A stretch of DNA of 64,000 nucleotides, taken from positions 453,421 through 517,420 of the forward strand of contig NW_003314329.1 in the NCBI RefSeq assembly GCF_000143415.4, given 5' to 3'. The stretch's first letter is position 1; each line of letters begins with the position of its first letter. Source of the DNA: Selaginella moellendorffii (taxonomy: Eukaryota > Plantae > Lycopodiophyta). Positions 37,301 to 51,303 of the stretch are shown here, one piece after another. The translations under genes and the position numbers were made by a program. The notes under the pieces are model-generated. The model was not told where the DNA came from and did not search any database. It was given only the letters and a program-made list of their open reading frames with translations.

Positions 37301-38431
37301 TAGTGTGAGTACCGTGAACTTTTTCTGGAGTTGTTTCCTTGGCAGTATTCTAGACTTGAGTATGCATCGACGAGGATGTCGATCTTCCCAAGGGGGGGAG
37401 AGTGTCGCGAATGTGACTTCGGGTATCGAAAGATACTTGTCAGCCAGTCCTTACGGACACTCTTACCTTACTGCCACAATGGCAGGAGGTCGGTATTGCT
37501 GGACCCTTTATTAGTCCCTCTTGTTCAAGTGTTAGTAAACTGGACTTTGCATCTGTACTTGGCCGGATGAGCATTAGGAAGGAATTCCTAAGTGTCTATT
37601 TAGCTGAGCATACTCGGCCCGGCTTGTTAGTTCTCTTTTGTTCTGTCTTGCACTGGCTTGACAAGAACCCTCACGTATTGAGATTGGTCCCTCAATATCG
37701 CTACATGATAGCTTACCGTGTTTGCCAAACATCCTCGCTATCATGCCCTTTGTGTTGGTCTCATTTCGGTCCCAAATGCTATTTATGGAAAGTGTCCAGA
37801 TTTGCTCATTTGGCATATCTACGGAATGTAGAGATNNNNNNNNNNNNNNNNNNNNNNNNNNNNNNNNNNNNNNNNNNNNNNNNNNNNNNNNNNNNNNNNN
37901 NNNNNNNNNNNNNNNNNNNNNNNNNNNNNNNNNNNATGGCCGACCAACCTGAGGCATAGTCTAGCTCCCGCTTGCGTGCTTGTCCTTGTTCTGCGTCCGG
38001 CTTGGGTCTAAGCTCAAGTTCCATTCCATGCTAATTGGTGGAGTACCCGTATCCTCACATTAGGCCACCGGTATGCCGAAATAGCGTCAGATTTTGTTTA
38101 GCTCCGTTTTGCGTGCTAGTCCTGGCATTGGGATGCTGGTTGCTTCAAGACTGTTCCAAGTCGCTTCGGGCTCCTGTCCCTTCGCTCCTTGGGCTGTTTG
38201 CTCGGGAATTGCTCCGTGGTTCGGTTCCGTCACTCCTTGGCTTCATGCTTGGGAGTTTGGCACTGTTCCTTCGTTTAGTGGCCCAAGGCCCTGAACCTCG
38301 GGTTCCTATGGACACGTGGCATGTGACACGTGGTATGGACATGTGGCACAAAGAAGGTTTAGGTTCCGCTTCGTAGTGTTATCCTATGGTAAATCACCAT
38401 AGGATAAAGGGTCAAAACCACGTGCGCTACA
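31338..38431 (+). mobile_element. Non-autonomous Gypsy-derived LTR element, family L, full length (7.1 kb)
   Basis: LTRs 31338-32500 and 37403-38431 (TG..CA). TSD CTTAG/CTTAA. PPT AGGGGGGGAGAG before 37403. The 4.9 kb interior has no long ORF, only faint RT-like residues (~34000-34300). PBS deleted. Confidence 0.88.
37836..37935. other. Assembly gap (100 N) inside the 3' LTR
   Basis: The N run coincides with the region carrying the poly-G tract in the 5' LTR (31917-31935). Confidence 0.98.
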
Positions 38432-40649
38432 CTTAAGCACTTTAAAACACCTAGGAAGTGGTGTTTAATATTATGGGGGCATTAGACAAGGCCTAAAGGA
38501 CTAAGTCCCTAGAGAATAATTGATAAAAGGTGCTATTCATTGGCCAAAGGGATAAAAACTAGAGACTAGGTAGATTTATTTATCATAAGTGAATAAAGCC
38601 AAAAGAATTTTGGCATGACTAATGACAAGTATACAAAAGCCTATGAGTAGTAGTATTAATTCTGGTGTGTGAGATTACAAGGTGAGTATATCTAGATTGA
38701 AGAACCACCCCCTAAGTTATCAAGTAAGTTCATCCTTAAAAATACTTGCTAAGACATGGTAAAAAGTACAAAAGTACCCTTTTAGGGGAGAATAATCAAA
38801 GGGAATATATAAAGCCAAGAGTAAGTATTAAAGAGATAGAACTAAACTATAAAAATCAAAGGGCATAACCAAGGGTGGTGATGAATGTTAGGAGTGGAGA
38901 ATCAAGTGGGTGCTTGAAGGTGTTGCTACTGGCAACCATAGATGAATTAAAAGGTTGCTACTCAAAATTGAGATGTATGTATATATAAGATATATATATA
39001 TAACCATCCCTCTATACCTCTATCTTTACCACTTTACTATTTTACCATCTATAATTTAATATTTGAAGTCAAAGTCAAAGAAAGTCAAACCAAATCCTTT
39101 TATGACTACTCTCTCCTTTTTATATTTTATATTCGTCTTATTACCCATCCACCTTATACTATCACAAACTTTATCTTCCACCATCTCTATAAAATAATTT
39201 GTTATATAACTTCTATATTTAAGCATACCTTCTAACCTTACAAAGATTTCTGCCACAATTTACAAATATTTTCATGTGTAACCTATACATCCAACAATGG
39301 TCATCTAAATCTGCCACCTTTAACACACTAATATTTTATGATATCAATAACAAAACCTAAAATATTATCTTCATGACACAAGGTATTAGAGTTATAGAGT
39401 ATGGAGTGATTTTAGCTTAAGTTTTCTTCTAATTTTGCAATATTCTTTCTTTGAGTCTTACTTCCTTGAAAAATATAAAAATTAAGAGTTAGTGGAAATC
39501 CCTCTCTTCTCTCTTTCTCTCAAGGCACAAAGCATATATAGATAGTGTGCTACTAGCCACTAGCTTCAGATATGATGATCTCATGATGGTGTGAAGAGAG
39601 GTTGAAAAATCAATAGGATCTTCATTAACTCCACCAAAAGATTTACTCTCAATCACATCGCCACTTTGCAAAATCCTTCTGACGAAATATATAGCAAAGA
39701 TTTTTACGGGTGGACAATACCCAGTGATTATGCGAAAAGCACCAATGGATCATAAAGAGCACCTAGTGGAGTATGAGATATGGATTATAGAGGAGATCAT
39801 CTGGAGTCTTGCCATAGAGAACTAAAATTTAGAGTTCTCTTTCCTCTCTTGTCATCAGTGAGAAAGAACTACATGCACGTAACCTTTGTGCAATCATTTA
39901 TATTTGTTGCTATGAAATAATTTTCCATATTGTAGACCCATTCTTCCAAAATCTGGTAGCCCTACATGCCTATGAAATTGAGTGGTTTTGAGGGCTTGAA
40001 TTTTGAAACTCGTGCAACCAAGGGTGGTTGCAAAACTTCATCATCCTCAGAACTTGAAAAGGAGTTTTATTTCTTAGGTTTAGCTAGTTTAGTTGCCTCA
40101 ACTTCGTTTTTCCTCTTCTTGTTCTTTTTTTTTAATTTATGAATTTTCTTTTGTAAATTCTCAATCTTAATATCTTGGGCATCTTTTGACTTAGTCTCAA
40201 CCTCTTTCATAACATCTCCAGTAGGAGTTTCTTCCTCTCGATTCAGTTGTCTAGAGGTTTTAGCCTCATCAGCACAGTTACTTTTCACTATCTCTCTAGC
40301 TGCATGCATGCTTCTATCAATAATTGAATATACATATAATGTTCTTATCAAATAGTGTTATTTAACTAATTCTACACAGATCTCTTCAGATCTACTAGAA
40401 AAGCCTTTGTATATGCAACTTGAATCAAAAGTTCTGACAAAAGTTAGATAGGAATTACTTTGATACCAAATATAGTACATCTAAATTTGGGGCAAAACTC
40501 CATGCTCATTGCACTACAAAATGAGGGTCTAGTATACACTCAATATCCCCTATAAGCACAAGATCCCTATATCCAGCCCTTATATGCAAAACAATATTAG
40601 ACAGTATCTGATATAATTTTGGTATATTAATGGCTTAAGGTGAGGAAGA

Positions 40650-41245
40650 GGGTACCCCACCAACTAGAGTAGCATAGAGCTTTGGCTTAGACCCAAGCCA
40701 AACATAAAACAAGAAGTGACACAACCTAGTAGAAGCATCTCAAGTGGTCGGCCATGGAATCCAACCATTGTCCCTACTATATATTTTGATAAGTTCCATA
40801 TTTTGATTCTCCTATAAATCCCCCCCTCCCTTGAGGAACGCACACTTTGGGCTTTCACCTTTAATACTAAGAGTTAGTCTCTGGGATAAGCTTGAAACTT
40901 ATTAAATATGGAATGCTGTTAGATCGCAAATCGAGACATAGGAATAACACTATATAGAACACTCTCTACATTATATAGATATGTCTTTAAGCAAATCGAG
41001 ACACTTACCATAAAGAGCATATAGATCTGGAATGGGACCAACATAGGGGGCATGATAGTAAGGATGTCTTAGTAAACATTGTAAACTATCATGCAGTGAT
41101 ATTGAGGGATTAAACTCAACATGTAAGGGTTCTTGTCACTAACCAATACAAGATACAATGACACAAGAACTCTTTACCAGGGTAAATATTCTTAGCTAAT
41201 AGCACGTAGGAATTCCATTCTTATATTTATTTAGTTTAAGTACAC
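40650..41245 (-). mobile_element. Inverted partial LTR of family L, head-to-head with the LTR at 41248
   Basis: Reverse complement of ~41390-41965 (gcttagacccaagcc, tccctactata, ctttgggctttcacc, taggaattcc). Confidence 0.8.
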
Positions 41246-44200
41246 TCTATCGCGAATGTGACTTCACCTGTCAGCTAGTCCTTTTGGATATTCTTTCCTT
41301 ACTGCCATGACGATAAGAGGTTAGTATTGCTAGATCCTTTATCAATCTCTGCCTAAGCTAGTTGAGAAACTAGTCTTTGCATGTGCATTTGACTAGATGA
41401 GCAAAGGATGGAATTCCTAAGTGTTATTAGTTAAGTATACTTGACCTAGTTAGAGAAACTCATTTGTTAACTTACACTTACTAGTGTTGGGAACCCTTGT
41501 GATATTGAAATTGGTCCCTCAATATTTGCTAGATGATAGTTTATCGTGTTTGCCAAACACCCTCGCTATCATGCACCTTGTGTTAGTTCTGTTTGATCCC
41601 AATTGCTATTTATGGAAAGTGTCTAAATTTGCTAATTTGGCATATCTATGGAATGTAGAGATTTTCTTGAACACAATGGTGTTCATCCCATGTCCAAATT
41701 CACAATCTAGCGCCATTCCATATTTAGTAAGTTTTGAGTTAGTCCTAGAGACCAACTCCTGGTACTAAGGGAGGTTTGGGGTGAAAGCCCAAAGCATGCA
41801 TTCCTTAAGGGGGGGCCTGTGGGGGGTTCCAAATGTATAGTAGGGATAGTGGGTAGGTCGGGTATAGCTGACCAACCTGAGGCATAGTCTAGCTCCCGCT
41901 TACGTACCTATCTTTGTTCTACGTTCGGCTTGGGTCTAAGCTCATGCTAGCTGGTGGAGTACCCATGTCCTTGCATTAAGCCACCAGTATGCTGAAATAG
42001 CGCCAGACTCTGTTTGGCTCCATTTTGCATGCTGATTTTGGCATTGGGATGCTAGATACTCTAAGACTGTTCTAAGTCATTCTATGCTCCTGTCCCTTCG
42101 CTCCTTTGGTTGTACGCTTAGAAGTCGTTCCGTGTGCCATTGTTCCTTGGCTCTATGCTTGGGAGTTTGGCACCGTTCCTTCATTCAGTGGCCCAAGACC
42201 CTAAAACTCGAGTTCTGCACTATTGTCTTTTGGATATAGGCATGTAACACATGGCACATAAAGGGTTTAGGTTCCACTTCATGGTTATCCTATGGTAAGT
42301 CACCATAGGATAAAGGGAAAAAACCACATATGCTTCATTTAGTATCAGAGGATGAGTCTCGGTGAGTACTATCCAATGAGATTGGGCAACTAGTCTCATT
42401 GCATACGCAGAGATGAAAACAATGATCTGAGTGGGCACATGTTTAGGTGCTAAGATTTTGCATTCGCTTCTTGGGTATAGATTTTAATTACCTATTTGTA
42501 CCGTATTATGTGAGCTTGCTCTTGGGCTCATAAGATGGATGTGAGATGTTCTAAACAGTATTATAGTAGCTTTGACTGGATTCTTGATGGTGATTCATTA
42601 TACTAAGCTTGAGTTGGTATGTGGTTTCCTTGAGGGTTTGCCCATAAGTTGTTAGAAAGGGTTATAACATTCATTTACTGTGGCTTGTCGGTTGATCTGT
42701 TAGCACTTGGAGTAAATTGTTGGATGGAGAAGGTGTGTAGTTGAGGCATTGACATCACTAGCACTTGTGTTAGTGGAAGTGGCATTGTTATTTTGAGTGA
42801 TGAAGAATTCTCTTTAGACCTTCATTTTCTATGTTATTTTTCTTGTTAGTGTTTTAGCTTTACATTGGATTTTAAAGGTGATTGAAGAAGAGTGTTAGTG
42901 CAATGTGGATATCCGAAGATATTGTTTTCGTAATCAAGTCTTGGATGTTCATTTTGCATTTTATGGATATCAATATTGGATATTGGAAAATGGGCAAAGA
43001 CGTTCGATGCTTAGACATATTATTAGGTCATGAGGATTTGTGTTGAGGTGAACCTATGTGAAGTTGTTAATAGGAGGAAGTTGGTTGAGTCTTGAAAATT
43101 TGCATTTCTAGACTGAGAATCATTTTTTCTCTAGGATGGAAAATTTCCACAAATTTTCTTATACTTTTCCCAATGATTGATCTATTATTCATTTTGCTCA
43201 AAAACCATTCCGTTCATAATCCAATACAAACTAGTGAAGGGGTTGGAGTTGACTTTGGTTAGCTTAAACCATAGAATAATGCAATCTAAAAGGGATGTTG
43301 ACTTTTGGGGTTAAGGCAATTGAGTTAAATAAAGTCTAGAGTTGATGTAGAAAGGTGGCTGTTGCACTTTTCTAAGAAGGGTGACCCTTGTGCCTTTCTC
43401 TTATAATATTATGTTTAATGGCAGGTTGCACTTTGCATTTTGTTAGACTTTATGAGAGTAGTGAGCTCTCACTAATCTTGACTTGGTCTTGGTAGCTCTA
43501 CACTTTAGTTGACAATGGTGATGTCCAATTTAGTTGTTTAAGGTTGAGATGTTGGTACCCGTACTATAGCTTTGTCTATGAGGAGGTTGTGTACTAATAT
43601 AAGTCCATCTCATGGTCTACACTTTAGTTTTGATTAAGTGTTAATCATGCATAGCTAGCCTTTTCAAGGCATGCTCAAAGTTATTGGCTAAACACATTAG
43701 TGAGCTTATTGCAATTGAGTTGGATTCGAGTGGTCATTTAGTTTGTACTTGTCCATGAGCCAATATCTCGTATCTAGGGTATTACGTTCATATTAGACAA
43801 GTATATAACTTGATGATGTGAGTTTAGTGTTTGGGTCTTGTGAAAGCAAGTTGAAGAGTGATTGTTGGTTGTTCTGCAACTAGTGATTGCTCATAGACTT
43901 TGTCAAAGACTGTTGACATTTGCTTCGTTCGATAATAATTGAGCAATGATGGGCTTGCTCTACCGAATGGTATTGTGGAGGATTGTGTTGTTAGACTTAC
44001 ATGGTTTTTCCATATTGATATATCTATTCCTTTGTCAATATCATTTAGTTACGTTTAGTCTGTGGTGTTGGATTTCATTGAGTCTTGGACGTGGTGATTA
44101 ACTCCTTGGTGATATATTACCTAAAATTGAGTATTGTTGGAGGATTGGTCTCAGATATTAACTAAGGTATCTTTGACTTTGGCTAGCTTGGTTGCTAGAG

Positions 44201-44741
44201 AAATTTGAGTGGTGATTCACTTTTGCTTTCTTCTAGCTTTGTTCTGCTGTTAATGACATTGAAGTGATGCCTTGTCATTAACATTGTTGATATTGAGATT
44301 CGAGTGAAATGAGATGTCTCTCTGTAGGATTGATATTGAGTTTCATTAGTCTTGATGAAGATCGTGTTGATGATTTGGCTGTAACTTTGTGTTATTGGCA
44401 TTCATGCATTTGCTAGTTAACAACTATGTTAACATTCAAACGAGTTGAGTGGTAAGTTAAGTTACTTGTGTTCTAAAAACAATTATTTAGTAAGGGTTGA
44501 GCATTAACTTTTCTTTGAAATGTGATTTAGTCATGGACTATACTAACTTTATGAGAGGAAGAGTTAGTGATCAATATTGGAATGTTGAATTTTTGTTGGA
44601 TTTAAGATAGGGTATATTGATCATTAATGATTCTTCTTATGCTTGTTGTAAAGTGAGTTACATCTTGCTATAGATGGATTTATGGAGGATTATTTGGTAA
44701 TCACTTGTTGAGCATAGCTTTAATATGCTTTTGGATAGATA

Positions 44742-46280
44742 TATAAGCGACTAATTTTTCCATTCTACTTTAGCCACTTAATCACACCTCCATCCACTTG
44801 GAGGAGTCTCACTCACAACCTCTATAAGTCATATTCGGGACTTGGGGCTTGTTAACCCCCGAGAATGGCATCCATGCCACTCAACCCTTGCACTTGGTCC
44901 AAGTGCGCCACGTGTCCAGTCCCAAGACCGACACCCCAAAGGTACCACTGACATATTGGCCCGTTACGCTAAGGCCATGCCCATTCACCTTTGCCACATT
45001 GGTGGTCCAATACCACTTGCATCACAATCCCGTCTCTCCAAGATTGGGCCGTCCGTCCATAAGTGTTCATCCCAGATCCACTCTTTATCATCCTTAGGAT
45101 GCCCACAGACCTGGGGAATAGCCTTCCCCAACATCCCCTTTGTCAGTTCCTGCCAAGTCCCTTTTCCATCCATGGCCATATTCACCAACATTGCCACTAG
45201 ATCAAAGCCCGCAGGCCCGGCCATTAAGTCCCATTGTCCTCTGGGACTTCCTCACCATGTGACTGTATCCATAGTCACTACACTAGCGGACTGCTTCTCC
45301 TCCTTTTCCCCTATTTAGGACTTTGGGACAACATTTCGGAACACCCTAGCCCTACGCGAGCCCCATGGGTACTCTCCCCACCTTCCACCTTTAGGTGCTC
45401 TAGCCATGGGCTTAGAGTGAGGTTCCGTTGAGCCACACCAGGTATCCAAGTAGGTAGTGCCACCCACACTTGAACTAGGAGCATCGGCCAGTCGATCTCC
45501 CGGGGGAACTAGAGCCGGCTCTTGAACATTTCACCAAGCTACCCCGCTTGTCGGTCCGTATTCACTCTAGTCTTACTTTCCAGTGGTCAGTTCATCACCC
45601 AACACTGGGTCTGGCCTTCTTGGGCCAAACTAGCCTTTCCTGGCCAAACTAGCTCCACTGCAGTCCTCCCCCTTACTATACTTTTGGAGCTCACCAAACC
45701 CCCCAGGGTTTGGGAGACGAACGCTTTGGGCTTTCACCCTCTCAGACTCGAACTCGGACTCGGACTCGGACTTAGGCTTGGGCTCGGTCTCAGCCTTGGC
45801 CTCGGTCTCGGTCTCGATCCCGGTCTCAGTCCCGGTCTCGGTCTCGGTCTCAGTCCCGGTCTCGGTCTCGGTCCCGGTCTCGGTCTCGACATCGGACTCC
45901 ATCTCAGACTCCATCTCGGGTCCATCTCAGACTCCATCTCGGGTCCATCTCAGACTCCATCTCAGACTCCATCTCGGACTCCATCTCAGACTCCATCTCG
46001 GTCCATCTCGGTCTCCCTCTCGGACTCTATCTCGGGTCTATCTTGGACTCCATCTCGGGTCCATCTCGGGTCCTTTTGTGTCCCTTTTCTAGAGACTCTT
46101 TTATTGCTCACTTCATGCTCGTTTCTTGAGCATTCCGTTAGGAGCTCCACTTCCGCTCTCGACCTTTCAAGTCGGAGCCTTTTAGTCCAAACGTGTTACG
46201 CTCATTTGGTTTTTGCTTCGGCCACTACCACGTGGCACCCTTTCGGTTCCACTTTGGGGCTTAGGGATTTGTGTCTCACA
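44742..46280 (-). mobile_element. Solo LTR of family M inserted in an L internal region
   Basis: Colinear with 49758-51538 and ends gtgtctcaca. Host L sequence resumes on both sides. Degenerate TSD AGATA/TGATG. Confidence 0.85.
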
Positions 46281-49200
46281 TGATGTAAACATGCTCTTCA
46301 TTAGCTTCCATATTATGAAGCTTGGTTTATGGATGTGTTGAGGAGGATATTGTGGGTTGTACCATGATTTCTTCTTTAGCATTGAAGTTAGTTCATGCGA
46401 GACTTGTGATCATTGCTAGGAAAGACTTGACTATGGACTTCTTCGAACTTTTGGTTCCTTGAGTTTTGTGCTCATTGTTCCATTTATTAGAAGTTGTTGG
46501 GGAGGCATTTTGGCTTATTAGCTTCGATATTGAAGTTAGTATTTGCGTTTGGCAATCATTGGTGATGATTGACTATTATCTAGGATAGTTGATTATTCTT
46601 GTCAAAAAAGTTTTGCTTGATTGTTGTTGATCTCGAATGATTTGCCGTTCTTTGGGATGGTGGATTCTTTCTTCAATGATAATTATACATTTCTCTTTTG
46701 ATGGGAGGATTGATGATCTTTCATAATGGTTAATTATTGTTGTTGATGGCTTATGGCTTTTTGCATTACCATATGTTCTTTGTGGTTTACTCTGGATTGG
46801 TCTTTTGGGTTTGAGATATCAGTAGGATGTTGCTGACACTTGCTTGAGCAACTTTGGTTCCTTGGTATTATTAACTAAGATTTATTTAGATTGGTTAGTG
46901 TAATAGTTGGCATAAATGAGTGTTTATTGGTTTTACCGCATTCATTTTGTTATCTCCTTTGGGTGATACATTCGCAAGTATTGTGCTTGCCAGTCAATAA
47001 TATTTTGTGTTCTTTTAGTTGTCTTTTATAAGTTGTTTAGCATGCTATCTACAATATTTGATAATTATACGTTATCATTGAGTTTTCTAGATGATACACT
47101 TGTTATTAAATCTTTGTTAGATAGTGAATCTTATGTTTTCCAACTATAGTGATCTTGGTGGTTCCTATATGCTAATACTAGTTTATCAGATGATAACATA
47201 CTTGGAATACTTTTGTGTTCTAAACTAAGTTTTATTCACTGATCATTAAGTCTCTTAAATATCATTATCTATGACTTTGATATTGTCCATCTATTGATCT
47301 TTGAGTTTGGGCTAGTATAGGTAGACTGGCTTCGGCACTTCATGTGTATGGTGAAATCTCATGGGGTAGCTATTGTCAACTAGTCACATCACCCGCCTTT
47401 TTGTCGATATTCTTTATTCTGTTAAAAGGGCATAACTGTGTAAACAACTCTAACTGTCTGTTTACAGTAGTTTATTTAAACTTTACTGATAGGTTTGGTT
47501 ACTTTGCTCATGAGGGTTGAGGCCTCTGACTTCTCTCTCTATATCCTTGCAGGCAGGGGTATATCACACTTTTGTAACCTGGGTGACACCTAAAGCAACA
47601 AGGGTGGCTAACTCCATTAGTCATTTCCTTGTTGGAGACGGTTGAAAGGTGTTTAAGTTGGTAGCACATCCATATTAGACACAAAGGTTGCATTCTAACT
47701 CATTTAGGTTGGTGCATTTCTCACATAGTGTGATCACCATAGCATATGGTATATGGTATGTGACATGTGGCATATAGAGGGTTAAATTCCGCTTCGTGGT
47801 TATCCTATGGTAAATCACCATAAGATAAAAGGTAAAAACCACGTGCGCTACATTTGGTATTAGAGGATGAATTTCGGCAAGTACTATCCAATGAAATTGG
47901 GCAACTAGTCGCATTGCATATGCAGAGATGAAAATAATGATCCGAGTAGGTACACATTTGGGTGTAAAGGCTTCACATTTGTTCCTTATGTGTGGATTTT
48001 GGTTACTTTTTATACCATATTATGTGAGCTTGCTCTTGGGCTCATAAAATGGATTGAGTTGCTCCATTAGCACAAGTTTGTGCTTGGGCTTGTGAATGAG
48101 GCACATTAGCAACTCAAGTTTACACTTTGAGTTGGCAGGATTAATGTTAACTTATTAGTGGTTCCATGAGTTGTTCCATGTACCATGGGTGAAAGTAAAA
48201 TTCCCTTGGGTTTGTTATGAGTGGCAAATAGGCTAGTCCATAGCTATTTAGCATGGCACTAGTGGATCTTTCCTAGGCATGGTTATAAGTGGATCAATCA
48301 AGACTGTAGGGATTAATCTATTGGTTCAAATAGTCATTCTTGTGCTCTCTCATAAACTTTTTTTTGGATTGGACCAAAAGTAGTGCAAACGCAAGTTTAA
48401 CATTTAGTCAAAGCTGAGACCGAAAAGAGAGTTGTCAGGGACGAAGGATCAAACATGTAAATCATTTTCTCTTTTTGGAGAGATGATTCTCAATGAAGTG
48501 TGACTCATTGCTTGTGTTCACATTTTGCAATCAAGAGACTTTATCTTGATGCATGTTGGAAATAATAGTCATACAAATAATGAGTTATGGGATGGATAAT
48601 GGTGAAACGCTAAACCATTTTGTCTAAGCTTGCTATTAAAAACTTGGGTTATAATGCTCAATTTTTTTCGGGGAACCTTACTATTTCTCCTTGAGTAGTT
48701 TGGTGTTGGATTAGTTTTGAGTTTTGTCGGAAAGAGAGTAGCATGAACGTGTTCATATTGTGAATAAAAGTTAGTGATATTAGGTGTTGTAAATCTCTAT
48801 TGGTGGAGTGTGGCATTTATGTTGCATTTTGTTGAATCGAGTTGGCACTTGATAATCACATAAACCTTTGAAGTAATGACTTGAGTGTTGCTTACAGTGT
48901 TGCTCAATTGATGATCAAGTCATTGTGATTTTTATATCATATCTATGTGATAATAAGTAATGTGTTTATGAAGTTGCTTGGTTAGAAGATAATCAACCCC
49001 AAAGTGGTTGATGGTGAAGCTAGTTTATTTACATGTAGTAATATTGTAGTAGCTTTCATTGGATTCTCAATGGTGAACCATTATGCTAAACTTAAATTAG
49101 TACATTGTTCCTTGAGGGTTTGCCCATAAAGTGTTGGAAAGGGTTGTAGCATTCATTTGCTATAGTTCATCAGTTGATCCGTTAGCATTTGGAGTAGATT

Positions 49201-50754
49201 GTTAAATGGAGAAGATGTGTAGTTAAAGCATTAACTTTGCTAGCACTTGTGTTAGTGGAGATAACATTGTTATGTTGAGTGATGAGGAATTTTCCTTAGA
49301 ACTTAATTTTTCATATTATTTTTCTTGTTAATGTTTTGGCTTCACATTATATTTTGAAGGTGATTGAAGAAGAATGTTAGTGTAATGTGGATATCCAAAG
49401 ATATGGTCTTCGTGATCAAGCCCTGGATGTTTATTTTGTATTTTATGGATGTCGGTGTTAGATGTTAGAAAAATGGGCAAAGTTGTTTGATGTTTAGACA
49501 TACTGTTAGTCATGAGAATTTATGTTGAGGTGAACATATGTGAAGTTGTTGGTAGGAGGAAGTTGGTTGAGTCTTGAAAGTTTGCATTTCTAAACTGAAA
49601 ATCATTTTTTCTCTAGGATGGAAGATTTCCAAAAAAATTTCTTAAGCTTTTCCAATGTCTGATCTATTGATCAATTTGTCCAAAAACCTTTCCGGTTTTG
49701 TAAGTCAATACAAACTAGTAAAGGGGTTGAAATTGACTTTGGTTAACTTAAACCTTATCTAAACGACTAAATTTTCCATTCTACTTTAGTCACTTAACCA
49801 CACCTCCGACCACTTCGAGGAGTCTCATTCACAACCTCCATCAGTCCAATTCAGGACTTGGGACTTGCTAGCCCCAAGAATGGCATCCATGCCACTCAAC
49901 ACTTGCACCTGGTCCAAATGCTCCACGTGTCCAGTCCCAAGACCGACACCCAAAGGTACCACTGACATCTCGGCCCGTTACGCTAAGGCCATGCCCATTC
50001 ACCTTTGCTGCACTAGTGGTCCAATACCACTTGCATCACCATCCCGTCTCTCCAAGACTGGGCCATCTGTCCATGAGTGGTCATCCTAGATCCACTCCTT
50101 AGCATCCTTAGGATGCCCACAAACCTGGGGAATCGCCTTCCCCAAAGTCCCTTGTCAGTTCCTACCAAGTCCCTTTCTGCCCCTGGCCGTGTTTGCCAAC
50201 ATTGCCACTGGATCGAGGCCCACAGGCCCGACCACTAAGTCCCATGGTCCTCTGGGACTTCCTCACCACACGACTGTGTCCTTGGTCACTACCCCAGAGG
50301 ACTGCTCCTCTTCCTTTCCACAGTCTAGGCCTTTGGGACAACATTTCGGAACACCGTGGCCTTACGCGAGCCACCTGGGTACTCTCCCCGCCTTTCGCCT
50401 TTAGGTGCTCTAGCCATGGGCTTAGAGCGAGGTTCCGTTGAGCCACACCTGGTATCCAAGTAGGTAGTGCCACCCACACTTGGACTGGGAGCATCGGCTA
50501 GTCGATCTCCCAAGGGAACTAGAGCCGGCTCTTGAACACTTCACCAAGCTACCCCGCTTGTCGGTCCGTATTCACTCTAGTCTTGGACTTCCCAGTGGTC
50601 AGTTCATCACCCAACACTGGGTCTGGCCTTCCTGGGCCAAACTGACCTTTCCTTTCCAAACTGGCTCCACTGCAGTCCTCCCCCTTACTATACTTTTGGA
50701 GCTCACCAAACCCCCCAGGGTCTGGGAGACGAACGCTTTGGGCTTTCACCCTCT

Positions 50755-51303
50755 CAGACTCGAACTCGGACTCGGACTCGGACTCGGACTCGGACTCGGA
50801 CTTGGACTCGGACTCGGGCTCGGTCTTAGCCTTGGCCTCGGTCTCGGTCTCGGTCCCGGTCTCGGTCCCGGTCTCGGTCTCAGTCTCGGTCTCGGTCTTG
50901 GTCCGGGTCTCGATCTCGACCTCGGACTCCATCTCGGGTCCTTCTCGGACTCCATCTTGGACTCCATCTCGGGCTCCGTCTCGGTCCATCTCAGACTCCA
51001 TCTCAGGTCCATCTCGGACTCCGTCTCGGTCCATCTCGGACTCCACCTCGGACTCCATCTCGGGTCCATCTCGGACTCCATCTCGGACTCCATCTCGGGT
51101 CCATCTAAACTCCGTCTCGGTCCACCTCGGACTCCATCTTGGACTCCATCTCGGGTCCATCTCGGACTCCATCTCGGGTCCATCTCGGACTCCGTCTTTG
51201 TCCACCTCGGACTCCACTTCGGGTCCATCTCGGGCTCCATATCGGACTCCACTTCGGGTCCATCTCGGACTCCAACTAGGGTCCGTCTCGGACTCCATCT
51301 CAG
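50755..51303. repeat. Minisatellite inside M LTRs (CTCGGA/CTCGGT hexamers, then CTCGGACTCCAT / CTCGGGTCCAT 11-12-mers); also 45740-46070 and 56639-57208
   Basis: Seen directly. Copy number differs among the three LTRs. Confidence 0.95.

Larger units (their letters stand above)
30860..38900 (+). mobile_element. Old plus-strand fragment of family M internal region, split by the L element at 31338-38431
   Basis: Joining 31290-31337 to 38437-38540 matches the reverse complement of ~54120-54285 (ggactaagtccctag, aaggtgctat). Confidence 0.65.

Noticed and set aside
39300-40351. Lys-rich ORF and neighbouring coding-like text
   Set aside because: Short, interrupted, no recognisable motif; probably decayed TE or gene debris.
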